Assembly: GCA_965203275.1 (NCBI GenBank)
Contig: OZ241865.1
Span: 2,464,001 to 2,528,000 of the forward strand
Length of the DNA: 64,000 nucleotides
Direction: 5' to 3'
Source: Bdellovibrionales bacterium
GTDB taxonomy: Bacteria; Bdellovibrionota; Bdellovibrionia; Bdellovibrionales; JAUICD01
In this document: positions 11,200 to 22,274 of the stretch, piece after piece
How positions within the stretch are numbered: the first letter of the stretch is position 1
How the letters are laid out: each line of letters starts with the position of its first letter
The notes under the pieces: model-generated
Database searches by the model: none
What the model saw: only the letters and a program-made list of their open reading frames with translations
Told to the model about the DNA's origin: nothing
Translations under genes and position numbers: made by a program

Positions 11200-11790
11200 A
11201 TGAATGTTGAAAATACTTATACACAAACTTCTACAAGAGCATCTAAAGGGCAAGGTCCTTATGGACTTTTTTATGCTTCCCAAGTTGAACAAATCAAAGA
11301 TCGATTAGGAGATCTTGAAGGTATACGTAAGAATCTAAAGATGAGTCGTAGACAAATTTGTCAAATTTTGCTTGTCAACCCTTCCGCTTGGACAAGATGG
11401 ACAAAATCTAAGAAGGGGGCACCTCCTCATTTTTATAGAGCTTTAGAATGGCTTATATCTATTTACAGTCAACAAACCCATCAAAATAAATCTTTAGATT
11501 CTTCTCATTCTACAGATCTTGCAAACCAAAATCCTCAGGAAAGCCAAGATAAAAAAGACATCCAAACAGAAACTCATCAGCCTATATATTGGAAACAAAA
11601 TAGATTCAACAATATAGACTTTATAGAAAATCATAAAACACCTCTTATATCTCACAGTACAAGCAAAAATTCCAATGAAATGAAAATACTTAAAAGACAA
11701 ATTTTTATATTAAAATGGCTTGTTATCGTTCTTTGTGGATTTTTAATCTTTTTATCCATGCGATTATTTACAAAAGGATTGCTTTTTTAA
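11200..11790 (+). CDS. Putative HTH-domain protein with C-terminal membrane anchor
   Basis: IRKNLKMSRRQICQILLVNPSAWTRW resembles an XRE-type HTH; hydrophobic C-terminal helix. Confidence 0.55.
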   Translation: MNVENTYTQTSTRASKGQGPYGLFYASQVEQIKDRLGDLEGIRKNLKMSRRQICQILLVNPSAWTRWTKSKKGAPPHFYRALEWLISIYSQQTHQNKSLDSSHSTDLANQNPQESQDKKDIQTETHQPIYWKQNRFNNIDFIENHKTPLISHSTSKNSNEMKILKRQIFILKWLVIVLCGFLIFLSMRLFTKGLLF

Positions 11791-11853
11791 ATACTTGACT
11801 TTTTTTTAACTTTATAAGTCAGGAGATCATACTTTATTTATAAACTACAACTC

Positions 11854-13470
11854 CGGGGAGTGGCACAGTCTGGTAGCGTATCTGGTTTGGGACCAGAGGG
11901 CCACTTGACTTTTTTTAACTTTATAAGCGGGATATTCATACTTTATTTATAAATAAGTATTTGATAAAATAAACACAATGGTTAAAGTTAAAAAAAGTCG
12001 GTTTTTTATTACAGAGATCAATTAAATGATCCTCGAAAAATACAGTATCCATAATTTATATTTGGAGCGATTATATTGTTGTTATATTCACAACTCCGGG
12101 GAGTGGCGCAGTCTGGTAGCGTATCTGGTTTGGGACCAGAGGGCCACTTGACTTTTTTTAACTTTATAAGCGGGATATTCATACTTTATTTATAAACTAC
12201 GGGGACGGGGAGTGGCGCAGTCTGGTAGCGTATCTGGTTTGGGACCAGAGGGCCACTTGACTTTTTTTAACTTTATAAGCCAGAAGATCATACTTTATTT
12301 ATAAATAAATATTTGTTAAAATAAACACAATAGCATATCTTGTTTCCTTAACATGTAGTTAAGAGACGAGAGGATCCTCCTTACTAAAAGTAAACGGACT
12401 TTTGAGACATTGCTCTTTTTAGACAGCGTAAGCTGTCAGAGCAATGTCCAAAAGTAGCCAGAGGCTAGTTTACTTTTAGTGAAAAAAAAGACGGCTAGTT
12501 TATTTTTAGTGAAATAAAACCCTTAACATGGCGTTTATCTGGGATCCGGGATCTGGCAATCGGGCAAACTGGCATCAGGCAGGGATAAAGCGAACTTCTT
12601 GTTTCCTTAACATGGTGTTAAGAGACGAGGGGATCCTTTCTACTAAAAGTAAACGGACTTTTGAGGCATTGCTCTTTTTAGACAGCGTAAGCTGTCAGAG
12701 CAATGTCCAAAAGTAGCCAGAGGCTAGTTTACTTTTAGTGAAATAAAACCCCTAACATGGTGTTTATCCGGGATCCGGGATCCGGCAACCCGGCATCAGG
12801 CGGGGATAAAGCGAACTTCTTGTTTCCTTAACATGGTGTAAAGAAGCAAGGAGATCCGCCCTACTCAAAGTGAACAGGCTTTTGAGGCAATGACCATTTT
12901 GTCAAAGGCGTAAGAAAGTGAAATAAATAGCTTGTTTCCTTAACATGGTGTAAAAAGACGAAGAGATCCTCCTTACTAAAAGTAAACGGACTTTTGAGAC
13001 ATTGCTCTTTTTAGACAGCGTAAGCTGTCAGAGCAATGTCCAAAAGTAGCCAGAGGCTAGTTTACTTTTAGTGAAAAAAAAGTCGGTTTTTAATATAGAG
13101 AAAAATTAAATAATCCTCGAAAAATACAGCATCCATAATTTATATTTGGAGCGATTACATTGTTGTTATATTCACAGCTCCGGGGAGTGGCACAGTCTGG
13201 TAGCGTATCTGGTTTGGGACCAGAGGGCCACTTGACTTTTTTTAACTTTATAAGCGGGATATTCATACTTTATTTATAAATAAGTATTTGATAAAATAAA
13301 CACAATGGTTAAAGTTAAAAAAAGTCGGTTTTTTATTACAGAGATCAATTAAATGATCCTCGAAAAATACAGTATCCATAATTTATATTTGGAGCGATTA
13401 TATTGTTGTTATATTCACAACTCCGGGGAGTGGCGCAGTCTGGTAGCGTATCTGGTTTGGGACCAGAGGG
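11854..13470 (+). repeat. Five truncated 47-nt 5' fragments of tRNA-Pro(TGG) in tandem units
   Basis: Copies at 11854-11900, 12097-12143, 12206-12252, 13181-13227 and 13424-13470, all ending GACCAGAGGG|CCACTTGAC. Confidence 0.92.
12343..13075 (-). repeat. Cluster of structured palindromic repeat (3 full copies plus partials) inside the tRNA-fragment array
   Basis: TTTCCTTAACATG...ACTAAAAGTAAAC...GACAGC-GTAA-GCTGTC...GTTTACTTTTAGTGAAA three times. Confidence 0.9.
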
Positions 13471-13672
13471 CCACTTGACTTTTTTTTAACTTTATAAGCG
13501 GGATATTCATACTTTATTTATAAATAAATATTTGATAAAATAAACACAATGGTTAAAGTTAAAAAAAAGTCGGTTTTTAATATAGGAAGCAATTAAATAA
13601 TCCTCGAAAAATAAAACCTCAATAATCTATATTGAGGGTATTATTTTAAATCTATATTTACATATCCGGGGA

Positions 13673-13749
<77 letters not shown>

Positions 13750-13995
13750 TTTTTCCTTCCAATCCCAAATAATCTCAAAATATCAATGCCCACATAATCA
13801 TATTTGTTTGACTTGCCTTAAAGGTTATTCTATGGCATAGTAAAGGGCGTTAAAAATATGGAAATCTAAACTTATTTATTATAAACAATAATATCATGGT
13901 TTATATGAAACAAAAAAATAAAAAAATATAGAATATTTGACTTTTTAATTTGTCTGGCATAAAAGTAAAATCAGTGGGCAACGGGGGTATTCATT

Positions 13996-14502
13996 ATGGA
14001 CAAAATAGATTGGATTAAGGACCTTGTCAATGCCGAACGTAAGATTGAAGAAACTGGCATGGTGGATATGTCAATAGGTCTTGATGATGGCCATCTGAAA
14101 AAAGAAACTATAAAATTTCTACTAGATATAAAAAGTTTATTTATTGATTCTGCCTCTGTTTTTAATCAAATGAGAGGACTCAACGTAGGAGGTGTGAAAA
14201 TCTATGGTATATCTAACACAGAAGCCGATTTTATGCTTTTTCGTAACGGCTATAAATTGCTTTTTGCTATGAAACAACCAGGGAAAATTCAAATTCGCTT
14301 TGCCTACCAAGGAGCAAGTATTTTACCTAAAACCTCTCAAGAAGGTGAACCTAAGTTAGAAGATTCCAATAATGAAGATATTTTAGAGGCCCAATGGGGC
14401 TGTTTTGGTCAATTGCAATGGCTACACCGTAGCCACCCTATTGACATATCTTACTTGGTCAGATATTATCTTAGCCGGTTTATTAAAGAAAGCACAAAAT
14501 AA
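13996..14502 (+). CDS. Hypothetical protein
   Basis: 168-aa ORF with GGGGG Shine-Dalgarno-like leader and globular composition; no motif recognised. Confidence 0.75.
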   Translation: MDKIDWIKDLVNAERKIEETGMVDMSIGLDDGHLKKETIKFLLDIKSLFIDSASVFNQMRGLNVGGVKIYGISNTEADFMLFRNGYKLLFAMKQPGKIQIRFAYQGASILPKTSQEGEPKLEDSNNEDILEAQWGCFGQLQWLHRSHPIDISYLVRYYLSRFIKESTK

Positions 14503-14609
14503 GAGCCATAATTGGCTTGACTTTTTAAAGTGAATAGTGTTAAAATTAAAATAAAGCACTGTTTATACACAAATATTGAATTTTTTAATAATGTAACAAG
14601 AAAAACAAT

Positions 14610-14686
<77 letters not shown>

Positions 14687-14841
14687 ACTTTAAATCTGTA
14701 AAAATCACATAAACATAAATCATCAAACAATCCGGGATCTGGCAAGCCGGCGTCAGGCAGACAGGCAGAGATAAAGTGAAAATCTTATTTCCTTATAAAT
14801 AAAAATCCAAATTAAAAACCAGAATGCAGTATGTCAAATTT

Positions 14842-15963
14842 TTATTTTAAAGAAGGGCCTTTGTAGATAGCTCTTGGACGATAAAGGCGATTATTGGTGT
14901 ACTGCTCTAAAATATGAGCTAACCAACCACTCATCCGAGCAAAAGCAAAAATAGGCGTGTACAAATCAAGTGGGATCTTCATATAATAATAAACAGAAGC
15001 AGAATAGAAATCTACGTTAGGTAATAGACCTTTCTCTTTTGAAACAATACTCTCAATAGTTTCAGAAATCTCAAACCAAGGAGGTTCACCATTAGACAAT
15101 ATCTCTTGTGATAACTTCTGGCTCATCTTTTTTAAAATTTTAGCCCTTGGATCTCCATTCTTATAAACTCTGTGTCCAAAACCCATAATTTTTTGCTTTT
15201 GAGATAAAGCATCTTTAATCCACTTCTTAGCTTCTTCTGATGACTCAATAGATTTGAGCATTCGCATAACTTGTTCATTGGCTCCACCATGCAAAGGCCC
15301 CTTTAATGTACCAATAGCTGTCACAATAGCAGAATATATATCACTTAAAGAGGAAGCTGTGACACGGGCAGCAAAACTTGAACAATTTAACTCATGGTCT
15401 GCATGCAAAATCAAACATTTGTCAAATATATCTACCATTGCTTGATCCGGCTCCTCACCTTTTAAAGTATACAAAAAATTCCAAGCAAGACTCTGATGAG
15501 GTTGAGCAGATATGACTTCATGACCATTTCTGATCCTTTCAAGAGCAGCTACCAATAAACCAATTTGAGCTACTAGCAAATAAGCTTTATTCCATAGGTG
15601 ATCCTCAGACCTGTTATCAGCATGGCTATCTGTTAAAGCTAAAAGAGACACAGCACTCCTTAACCAAGCCATAGGATGTACACCCTTATAGGGTAGCTGC
15701 TTTAAAAGAGTTACAAAATGAGGTGAGATCTGCATATAAGTAGATATTTTTTCTTTAAATTGCTTTTTCTCCTCAATAGAAGGCAATTGACTATACCAGA
15801 GTAAATAAATAACCTCTTCAAATGTGTAAGACTTTGCAAGGTCTTCTATCTTATGACCCCTATAGGCAAGCGTTGAATTTATAATAGAAGAAATATGTGT
15901 TGTGCAAGCTACGACCCCCTCTAATCCCCGATCCACTGCCTTGTCATAATATTGTATGGACAT
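14842..15963 (-). CDS. Citrate synthase (citrate/2-methylcitrate synthase family)
   Basis: GLEGV, LHADHELN, GPLHGGANE, GFGHRVYK..DPR and NVDFYS motifs. Confidence 0.93.
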   Translation of the reverse strand: MSIQYYDKAVDRGLEGVVACTTHISSIINSTLAYRGHKIEDLAKSYTFEEVIYLLWYSQLPSIEEKKQFKEKISTYMQISPHFVTLLKQLPYKGVHPMAWLRSAVSLLALTDSHADNRSEDHLWNKAYLLVAQIGLLVAALERIRNGHEVISAQPHQSLAWNFLYTLKGEEPDQAMVDIFDKCLILHADHELNCSSFAARVTASSLSDIYSAIVTAIGTLKGPLHGGANEQVMRMLKSIESSEEAKKWIKDALSQKQKIMGFGHRVYKNGDPRAKILKKMSQKLSQEILSNGEPPWFEISETIESIVSKEKGLLPNVDFYSASVYYYMKIPLDLYTPIFAFARMSGWLAHILEQYTNNRLYRPRAIYKGPSLK

Positions 15964-16385
15964 TTTTTCTCCTTTATATGTTGAATATGAATAGACTTAA
16001 CCTATCTTAACACAGTATTTTCATCACAGTCTTAAAAGAAAACTTATCAAATAACCACCTCACTCTAACGTGCCATGGCATTTGTATTGTCGATCCTGAC
16101 TTTGATAGTTTGATTTTCAAAATTGTATGGATGATTTCTGTAAACTATGAGCTTTCTTATAAAAATATATTTTAATTGTGACAAATTGTCAAAGTGAAAT
16201 GTATCAAAATAAAACAAATTATACTCAAAATCTGGCATACAAATATTTTTTTAAAAAAAAATCAAATAAACTATTAAATCTTTGGTCGAGTCTGCCGTAA
16301 AGAAAGAAAGAAGGTAAAAGTATTTACATTTTTTTAATGAGTGCAAACAATGAGAACTATTTAACAAAAAACAAAGGAGCATATA

Positions 16386-16703
16386 ATGAATATTACATCA
16401 GTTAAGATTTTTCCAATAAACGAAGAGAAACTTAAAGCTTATGTCACCATTGTGATCGAAGACTCTTTGGTCATTCATGACATTAAAGTTATTGTGGGCA
16501 AAGCAGGAAGGTTCTTTGTAGCTATGCCTAGTAAAAAATGCAAAAATGGAACATTCCGAGATATTGCCCACCCTCTTAACCAAGATATCAGGGCTTATTT
16601 AGAACAAAAAATCCTTGAAACTTATAATTCAAAGGTGAAATACTTAAACAGCCATATAAGAGAAAAACAAACTTATTATGAATCTATGAAAAAATCAGGC
16701 TAA
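16386..16703 (+). CDS. spoVG: SpoVG family nucleic-acid-binding protein
   Basis: MNITSVKI...LKAY...FVAMPSKK...FRDIAHPLN. Confidence 0.92.
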   Translation: MNITSVKIFPINEEKLKAYVTIVIEDSLVIHDIKVIVGKAGRFFVAMPSKKCKNGTFRDIAHPLNQDIRAYLEQKILETYNSKVKYLNSHIREKQTYYESMKKSG

Positions 16704-16760
16704 AGCTTAATATTTCTACTCGTTTAAATAATAGCAACTTGTAGTGTAGAAAGATAATAT

Positions 16761-17708
16761 ATGAACACATTAGAAAAGCACATAGCTTCTCAAATTTGCA
16801 ATGCTGGTTTAAAATCAGCAAAGCTTTTGTTAGCAGTCTCTGGTGGCCGAGATTCTATGACTCTGTTAAATAGTATGCTTCAAATAGCTCCCTTATTTAG
16901 ACTATCTCTTTACGTAGGGCATTTTCATCACGGTCGAAAAAATGAATCTACAAAAATACTCAAATTTAGAGATCAAGCTCTAAAACTTATCGAAAAAAAA
17001 TGCACAGACACACATCTTCCGCTTTATTTTGAAATACATCAAGGCCAACGCCTCAAGTCAGAAGATGAATCAAGGAAGCTTAGATGGGCATTTTTAAAAA
17101 AAATATATCAACAATTACATTGTCAAGCTATTGTAACTGCACACCATAGAGATGACCTTTTAGAAACTCGACTTTTAAGATTGATCAGAGGAGTTGGTCA
17201 GCAAGGTCTTCCATCTATGAGTGTTTTTCATCAAAGTAAAATAACTATTTTTCGTCCATTGCTTTGTATTCCTCAAAAAACCCTTTACCAAGCCTACATA
17301 GAACCTATTGAGTACATAGAGGATCCTAGCAATCAATCTGACGCTATTTTACGTAACTGGATACGACATCACTGGTTATCTGATTTAGAGAAGCAATCTC
17401 CTGGAGCTACTCAAGCTTTATCACGCTCTTTAGACTTATTAAGTCAGCAAGATAGCTTTACTCTGAAAATAGAAAATTATCTTGATTCCAAGGGTATAAA
17501 AAGAAAAGAGTTAGAAAGTCTATCACCCCAACAAAAACGCCAGGTGATTGCAACTTATCTTTGTCAGAAAAATATAGCTCATTACACCTCATCTCATATT
17601 TTTGAGATTCAAAAACGTCTTCAAACTCCTCAGAAAAAATTTGAGTTTTGGCTCCTCAAACATCGATGGATTGTCACTCCTTTTTATATTTCTCTGTTAG
17701 AAAAATAA
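16761..17708 (+). CDS. tilS: tRNA(Ile)-lysidine synthetase (short form)
   Basis: AVSGGRDS PP-loop; TAHHRDD..ET, RPLL, EDPSN and RNWIR motifs. Confidence 0.92.
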   Translation: MNTLEKHIASQICNAGLKSAKLLLAVSGGRDSMTLLNSMLQIAPLFRLSLYVGHFHHGRKNESTKILKFRDQALKLIEKKCTDTHLPLYFEIHQGQRLKSEDESRKLRWAFLKKIYQQLHCQAIVTAHHRDDLLETRLLRLIRGVGQQGLPSMSVFHQSKITIFRPLLCIPQKTLYQAYIEPIEYIEDPSNQSDAILRNWIRHHWLSDLEKQSPGATQALSRSLDLLSQQDSFTLKIENYLDSKGIKRKELESLSPQQKRQVIATYLCQKNIAHYTSSHIFEIQKRLQTPQKKFEFWLLKHRWIVTPFYISLLEK

Positions 17709-18856
17709 ACAAATAAGGCTGTTAGAGAGGTATTAGCTAATGCCCAGGGCAACATAGTTTTCCAACCAAAATCCATCAAACGATCATACCGGAAACGAGG
17801 TAATGTCCATCTGACTAGTATAAAAATCCATACTAAAAATGCTGTCTTTAAAAGTAAAATAATATGAAAAAATAATGCAGTGACAATATTTGTATATGTG
17901 ATATTTTCAATATTCATATTAGCTAAATGACCAGCAGCAAAAGTATGAAATGAATCTTCTGTCACAAAAGGAACATTCCAGCCACCTAAAAATAACAAAG
18001 TGAAAAGCAAGCTAGCTACCATGATGTGGCCATATTCTCCCATAAAAAATATCAACATTTTAAAACCACCATATTCTGTGTGAAAACCTGCTACAAGCTC
18101 TGCCTCTGTTTCTGGAAGATCAAATGGCAATCGATTTGATTCTGCAAAAGCTGCCACTAAAAATAAAATAGCTCCAAGAGGTTGAAAAAAAATACCCCAG
18201 TTAGGTAAAAGCCCAATAGTCGTTTGAAGTCCAAATATGTTGATCAAAAGAGGCCCTTGTTGGTAAGCAACCATTTCCAATAGATCAAAGGTAGCATAAA
18301 AAATTAAAGCCCCTACGATAGAAAGCCCAAGTGCTAATTCGTAACTGATCATTTGAGCTGAAGCCCTTAATGCCCCTAACAAAGAATACTTATTGCCAGA
18401 AGCAAAACCTGCAATTAAAAGTCCATAAGCCCCCAATGAGCTGACACCTAAAATATAAATAATGCCAATATCGATACTGATACCACGAAAATCAAAAATG
18501 TAAGGACCCCAAGATTGACCTAACCATTCGAAAGCATTAACTTGAACAGGAATAGATAAAGGTAAGGCAGTAAAGGCCAAAGCAGCAGGAATAAGAGCTA
18601 AAACAGGAGCCAATAAAAAAAGTGGTTTAATTGCATTTTTAGGCACAAAAGATTCTTTAAAAATGAATTTAACAGCATCAGCTAAAAGCTGTGTCAACCC
18701 TAAAGGTCCAACCCTGTTAGGTCCAAGTCGGTTTTGAATAAGAGCAGAACCACGTCTTTCTACCCATACCAAGATGGGTACAGCTTGAATCATCATCATA
18801 AAAATGACAAGCAACTTAAGTGTGTTAATTGTCACTTCAAATAGATCTTGTCCCAT
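17684..18856 (-). CDS. nuoH: NADH-quinone oxidoreductase subunit H
   Basis: GPNRVGP, ADAVK, AQMISYE, NRLPFDLPETEAELVAG and RWTLPRFRYD motifs. Confidence 0.97.
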   Translation of the reverse strand: MGQDLFEVTINTLKLLVIFMMMIQAVPILVWVERRGSALIQNRLGPNRVGPLGLTQLLADAVKFIFKESFVPKNAIKPLFLLAPVLALIPAALAFTALPLSIPVQVNAFEWLGQSWGPYIFDFRGISIDIGIIYILGVSSLGAYGLLIAGFASGNKYSLLGALRASAQMISYELALGLSIVGALIFYATFDLLEMVAYQQGPLLINIFGLQTTIGLLPNWGIFFQPLGAILFLVAAFAESNRLPFDLPETEAELVAGFHTEYGGFKMLIFFMGEYGHIMVASLLFTLLFLGGWNVPFVTEDSFHTFAAGHLANMNIENITYTNIVTALFFHIILLLKTAFLVWIFILVRWTLPRFRYDRLMDFGWKTMLPWALANTSLTALFVYFSNREI

Positions 18857-18890
18857 GAAATGGTCCTTTTGACGTTTTAAGTTTTAAAAA

Positions 18891-19280
18891 TCAATCCCAT
18901 TCTAATCCACCTGTTTTCCATTCATAAATAAGTCCATAAACAAGGATACCTATAAAGAAGGCCATGGATAAGAGGAGAAAACCACCAAACTCCTTGATAT
19001 TTTCAATAAAGATGAGAGTCCATGGGTAGAGGAATACAATTTCAATATCAAAAAGAAGAAAAGAAATAGCTATTAAATAAAACTTGATAGGTGTTTTGGT
19101 TGTTTGAGAATCTTCTCCTACAATACCACATTCGTATGGTGTGTGTTTGACGTCTGTACGCTGGGGAGAGTCTTGAGGTTTCTCTCCGACAAGTGAAACA
19201 AAAAAAATCAATCCCCCAGCAAAAACAAAAGAAACAATTAGTAAAATAAAGATAGGTACAATTTGTTCAATCATACTCAT
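18891..19280 (-). CDS. nuoA: NADH-quinone oxidoreductase subunit A
   Basis: PYECG, FLLFDIE and YEWKTGGLEWD motifs. Confidence 0.96.
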   Translation of the reverse strand: MSMIEQIVPIFILLIVSFVFAGGLIFFVSLVGEKPQDSPQRTDVKHTPYECGIVGEDSQTTKTPIKFYLIAISFLLFDIEIVFLYPWTLIFIENIKEFGGFLLLSMAFFIGILVYGLIYEWKTGGLEWD

Positions 19281-19325
19281 ATAATATGTAAAATAAACTC
19301 TATAAGCAAGCGGCTTTTTTCACTG

Positions 19326-20570
19326 TTTCACTAAAAGTAAACCAGCCTCTGGCTGTTTTTGGGCAATCAGCCCGACGGCTCTCGCCGTCGATCAAAGGCT
19401 GATTGCCTCAAAAATCCGTTTACTTTTAGTAAGGAGGATCCTCTCGTCTCTTTACACGATGTTAGGGAAAAAGAGTTCTTTCTGATGCCGGATTGCCCGA
19501 TCCCGGATCCCAGATCCCGGATTGTTTCACTAAAAATAAACCAGCCTCTGGCTGTTTTTGGGCAATCAGCCCGACGGCTACCGCCGTCGATCAAAGGCTG
19601 GCTATCTCAAAAGTCCGTTTACTTTTAGTAGGGAGGATCTCCTCTTTTCTTAACACCATGTTAAGGAAACAAGCTATTTATTGCATTTTCTTTCGCCATT
19701 GACAAAATAGTCATTGCCTCATTTGATTTTCACTCAAAGTAAACTGACCTCTGGTCACTTTTGGATAGCCAGCCCGACGGCTACCGCCGTCGATCAAAGG
19801 CTGGCTATCTCAAAAGTCCGTTTACTTTTAGTAGGGGAGGATCCTCTCGTCTCTTGACAACATGTTAAGGAAACAAGATGTTTATTCACTTTCTTTCGCC
19901 ATTGACAAAATAGTCATTGCCTCATTTGATTTTCACTCAAAGTGAACTGACCTCTGGCTACTTTTGGGCAATGACCGCAAAGGCTTTCGCCTTTGACAAA
20001 ATAGTCATTGCCTCAAAAGCCTGTTCACTTTTAGTAGGAAGGATCCATTCCTCTTTTAACACGATGTTAAGGAAACAAGATGTTCGTCGCTTTTTGTTTT
20101 TTTATTTTTCTTAGATTCTGCGTAACTTTCAAAAAAAATGAAGAATATTATGAGTGGGAGGCGGGGGCAGGCTGAAGATCTTCCGCAGACCCGCTTGCTC
20201 TCCAAGAGCAAGCGAAGGTTGAGGACTTCGGAAGCCTGACCCCGCATTCCACTCATACATAAATAAGATAAAAAAGCAGAATCGAAGGGCGGGGGGTGGG
20301 GTTAGGGATAATTCTTTTGTTTCCCTAAAATTGAACTGACCTCTGGTCACTTTCTGGCGATGACCACTAGTTTGTCTCACTAAAAGTAAACCAACCTCTG
20401 GTTGCTTTTGGACATTGCTCTGACAGCTATCGCTGTCTAAAAAGAGCAATGCCTCAAAAATCTATGCATTTTGAGTAGGGGAGGATCTCCTCGTCTCTTA
20501 ACTACATGTTAAGGAAAAAGATTTCCTTCTGATGCCGGTTTGCCGGATCCCGGATCCCAGATAAACAACG
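19326..20570 (+). repeat. Cluster of structured palindromic repeat (~5 copies) with a second hairpin family embedded
   Basis: Units at about 19326, 19524, 19728, 19930 and 20377, each with different but self-complementary inner stems. Confidence 0.9.
20114..20283. repeat. Second long nested hairpin repeat (family 2)
   Basis: GATTCTGC/GCAGAATC, TATGAGTGG/CCACTCATA, CAGGCT/AGCCTG and CGCTTGCTCT-CCA-AGAGCAAGCG stems; inverted partial copy at about 38140-38260. Confidence 0.75.
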
Positions 20571-20624
20571 TGTTGAAAAAAAGTAGGAATATATATTCCT
20601 AATAATGCAGTTATTAAAGTAAGT

Positions 20625-20822
20625 TTATTTACAGATTTGGTGAACTTCTTCTTCTGACAAGCCAGTGATTTCACAAACTTCTTGAATAGTCATGTTTTTC
20701 TCAATAAGTTTAAGAGCTACCTCCTGTCGGCCTTCCTGTCGCCCTTTTTGTAACCCTTCTTGCAAACCTTTTTGCAATCCTTCCTGTAATAATCTTTCTC
20801 TTGTGATCTGTAATGGTGGCAT
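20625..20822 (-). CDS. Rpn/YhgA-family C-terminal small protein (RpnS-like); remnant of a truncated rpn gene
   Basis: EGLQKGLQEG...GRQEGRQE repeats and an ITGLSEEEV tail; AAGGAGG 8 nt before ATG 20822; upstream gene body cut off by a repeat element at ~20906. Confidence 0.75.
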   Translation of the reverse strand: MPPLQITRERLLQEGLQKGLQEGLQKGRQEGRQEVALKLIEKNMTIQEVCEITGLSEEEVHQICK

Positions 20823-20905
20823 TGTTCTTTCCTCCTTTGATATGTGTTTTTCTTCTATTTTTTGCAATACTTCCAAGGTAAAACTAGGATCATAAATCCT
20901 GTCTC

Positions 20906-21012
20906 TTTCACTAAAAGTGGTCAAACTTTCTAGGTTGCCAGCACTTGAGAAGGCGAATAGCCTTCGGCTGGCAACCAGAAAGTGACCAGAGGTCAGACCA
21001 CTTTTAGTGAAA
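20906..21012. repeat. Single structured repeat with perfect terminal inverted repeats
   Basis: TTTCACTAAAAGTGGTC...GACCACTTTTAGTGAAA. Confidence 0.9.
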
Positions 21013-21017
21013 AATGA

Positions 21018-21710
21018 ATTGAATTAATGGTCGTCGTGACTATTATTGGAATCTTAGTAGCTTTGGCTATTCCAAATTATAATAGGTTCAGGGCTTAGGG
21101 CTATGCAAAGTGAAGCAAAGGCTGTCTTAGGCGGTATATATGGAAATCAAGTCTCTTTTATTAATGAGTGGGGCCTTGGCACTGCTAATCTTGGGCAACT
21201 TAGTTTTGATCAAGAGGGAGAGGCAAGGTATATCGTGGGGTGGCATGAGACAGATCAAATTGCTCATCCGTCTGCTAGGAATATAAACATAGAAGCAGGG
21301 ACGAAGCCATCGGGTTATAGGGGGGCCTTATGCTAGCAATGCAAAAGCTGTGAATACTCAAGAATTGGGGGGGACAGTTTATCTCAGGTGCTACAGATGC
21401 TCTTAATGGTGCAACTCCTGAATTGCCAGTTCAGTCTACTTGTGAACTTGGTACTTCTGTAGGTACAGGTTGTGGTTGCACTATGAACCAGAACGCACAA
21501 GGCATCTCTACTGGCTGTACGGACGTAAACCCAGTTGCTTGTACAACTCATGGTGGCTGTACATTGGAAAGAGGCGGTATCAATAACGCTAACCTGCACA
21601 ATATAGAGTTTACTATTGGAGCAATTGGAAATATTGGCGGACAGGCATTTGATCAATGGACTATGGGGCAAAACAAAGAGTTAAGCAATACTATCAATGG
21701 CATTGAGTAA
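21018..21710 (+). pseudogene. 5'-truncated, frameshifted type IV pilin paralog (silent-cassette-like)
   Basis: IELMVVVTIIGILVALAIPNY...FINEWG...YIVGWH...GYRG...FTIGA...DQWT aligns with pilA at 28289; no prepilin leader; three +1 shifts in G runs. Confidence 0.85.
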
Positions 21711-21728
21711 GCCTATTAATTCAATCAG

Positions 21729-21762
21729 AGAGCTATGGGGTTATGAGGCTCATAGCTCTTTA
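21729..21762 (+). terminator. Rho-independent terminator-like hairpin after the pilin paralog
   Basis: AGAGCTATG(G)G...CTCATAGCTCT followed by a T run. Confidence 0.55.
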
Positions 21763-21764
21763 CT

Positions 21765-22274
21765 TTGGAGTCTATGATCATGCCTAGAAGGATAATTAAG
21801 TATCTAGCAACACCAAGAAAGCTTCTCTACCTTTATGGGTTGTTAGCAGTGTCTTGGATTATTTCAGGATACTTTATTTTTGAGAATTTTTACCTTGATG
21901 CTAAAGCTAAGTCAGAGAGAGATATAGAAAAGAATGAGTTATCTCTTGATGAAAAATTGCAAGCAGATATTGAAGCCGGTCGATTGGTTTACGATGAGCT
22001 GTTTGATCCTAATGAGGTCGTCCGACAGCAAAGGATAGGTCAGACTGAGATCTTTATCAATATGTGTGATAGTGCTACTTGTAAGGTAGTCAGTGGCTTA
22101 GAACCCACACTTGATCTTTGCAATGGGGAGCTGTCAACATCAAGGAAGTTTTATAAGTATAGGGTTTATTCTTGCAGGTTAGAGGTAAGTGTAGCTAATG
22201 ATCAACCAATGGAATGTGACCCTGTGACTTGGAATGAGCTAAAAGGCTTTTGTGACAAGTTAAACAATACATAA
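21765..22274 (+). CDS. Hypothetical membrane-anchored Cys-containing protein
   Basis: One N-terminal TM segment; six Cys in the C-terminal part; followed by a terminator hairpin at 22289-22331. Confidence 0.6.
   Translation: MESMIMPRRIIKYLATPRKLLYLYGLLAVSWIISGYFIFENFYLDAKAKSERDIEKNELSLDEKLQADIEAGRLVYDELFDPNEVVRQQRIGQTEIFINMCDSATCKVVSGLEPTLDLCNGELSTSRKFYKYRVYSCRLEVSVANDQPMECDPVTWNELKGFCDKLNNT

Noticed and set aside
12343..12484. Hammerhead ribozyme reading of the repeat (three-way junction, terminal GAAA)
   Set aside because: The CUGANGA core is not present in the required position on either strand.
19359..20449. Short ORFs at 19359-20449 (also 12528-12716, 26693-26881, 62427-62738)
   Set aside because: They are translations of the palindromic repeats, with no Shine-Dalgarno or recognisable protein motifs.
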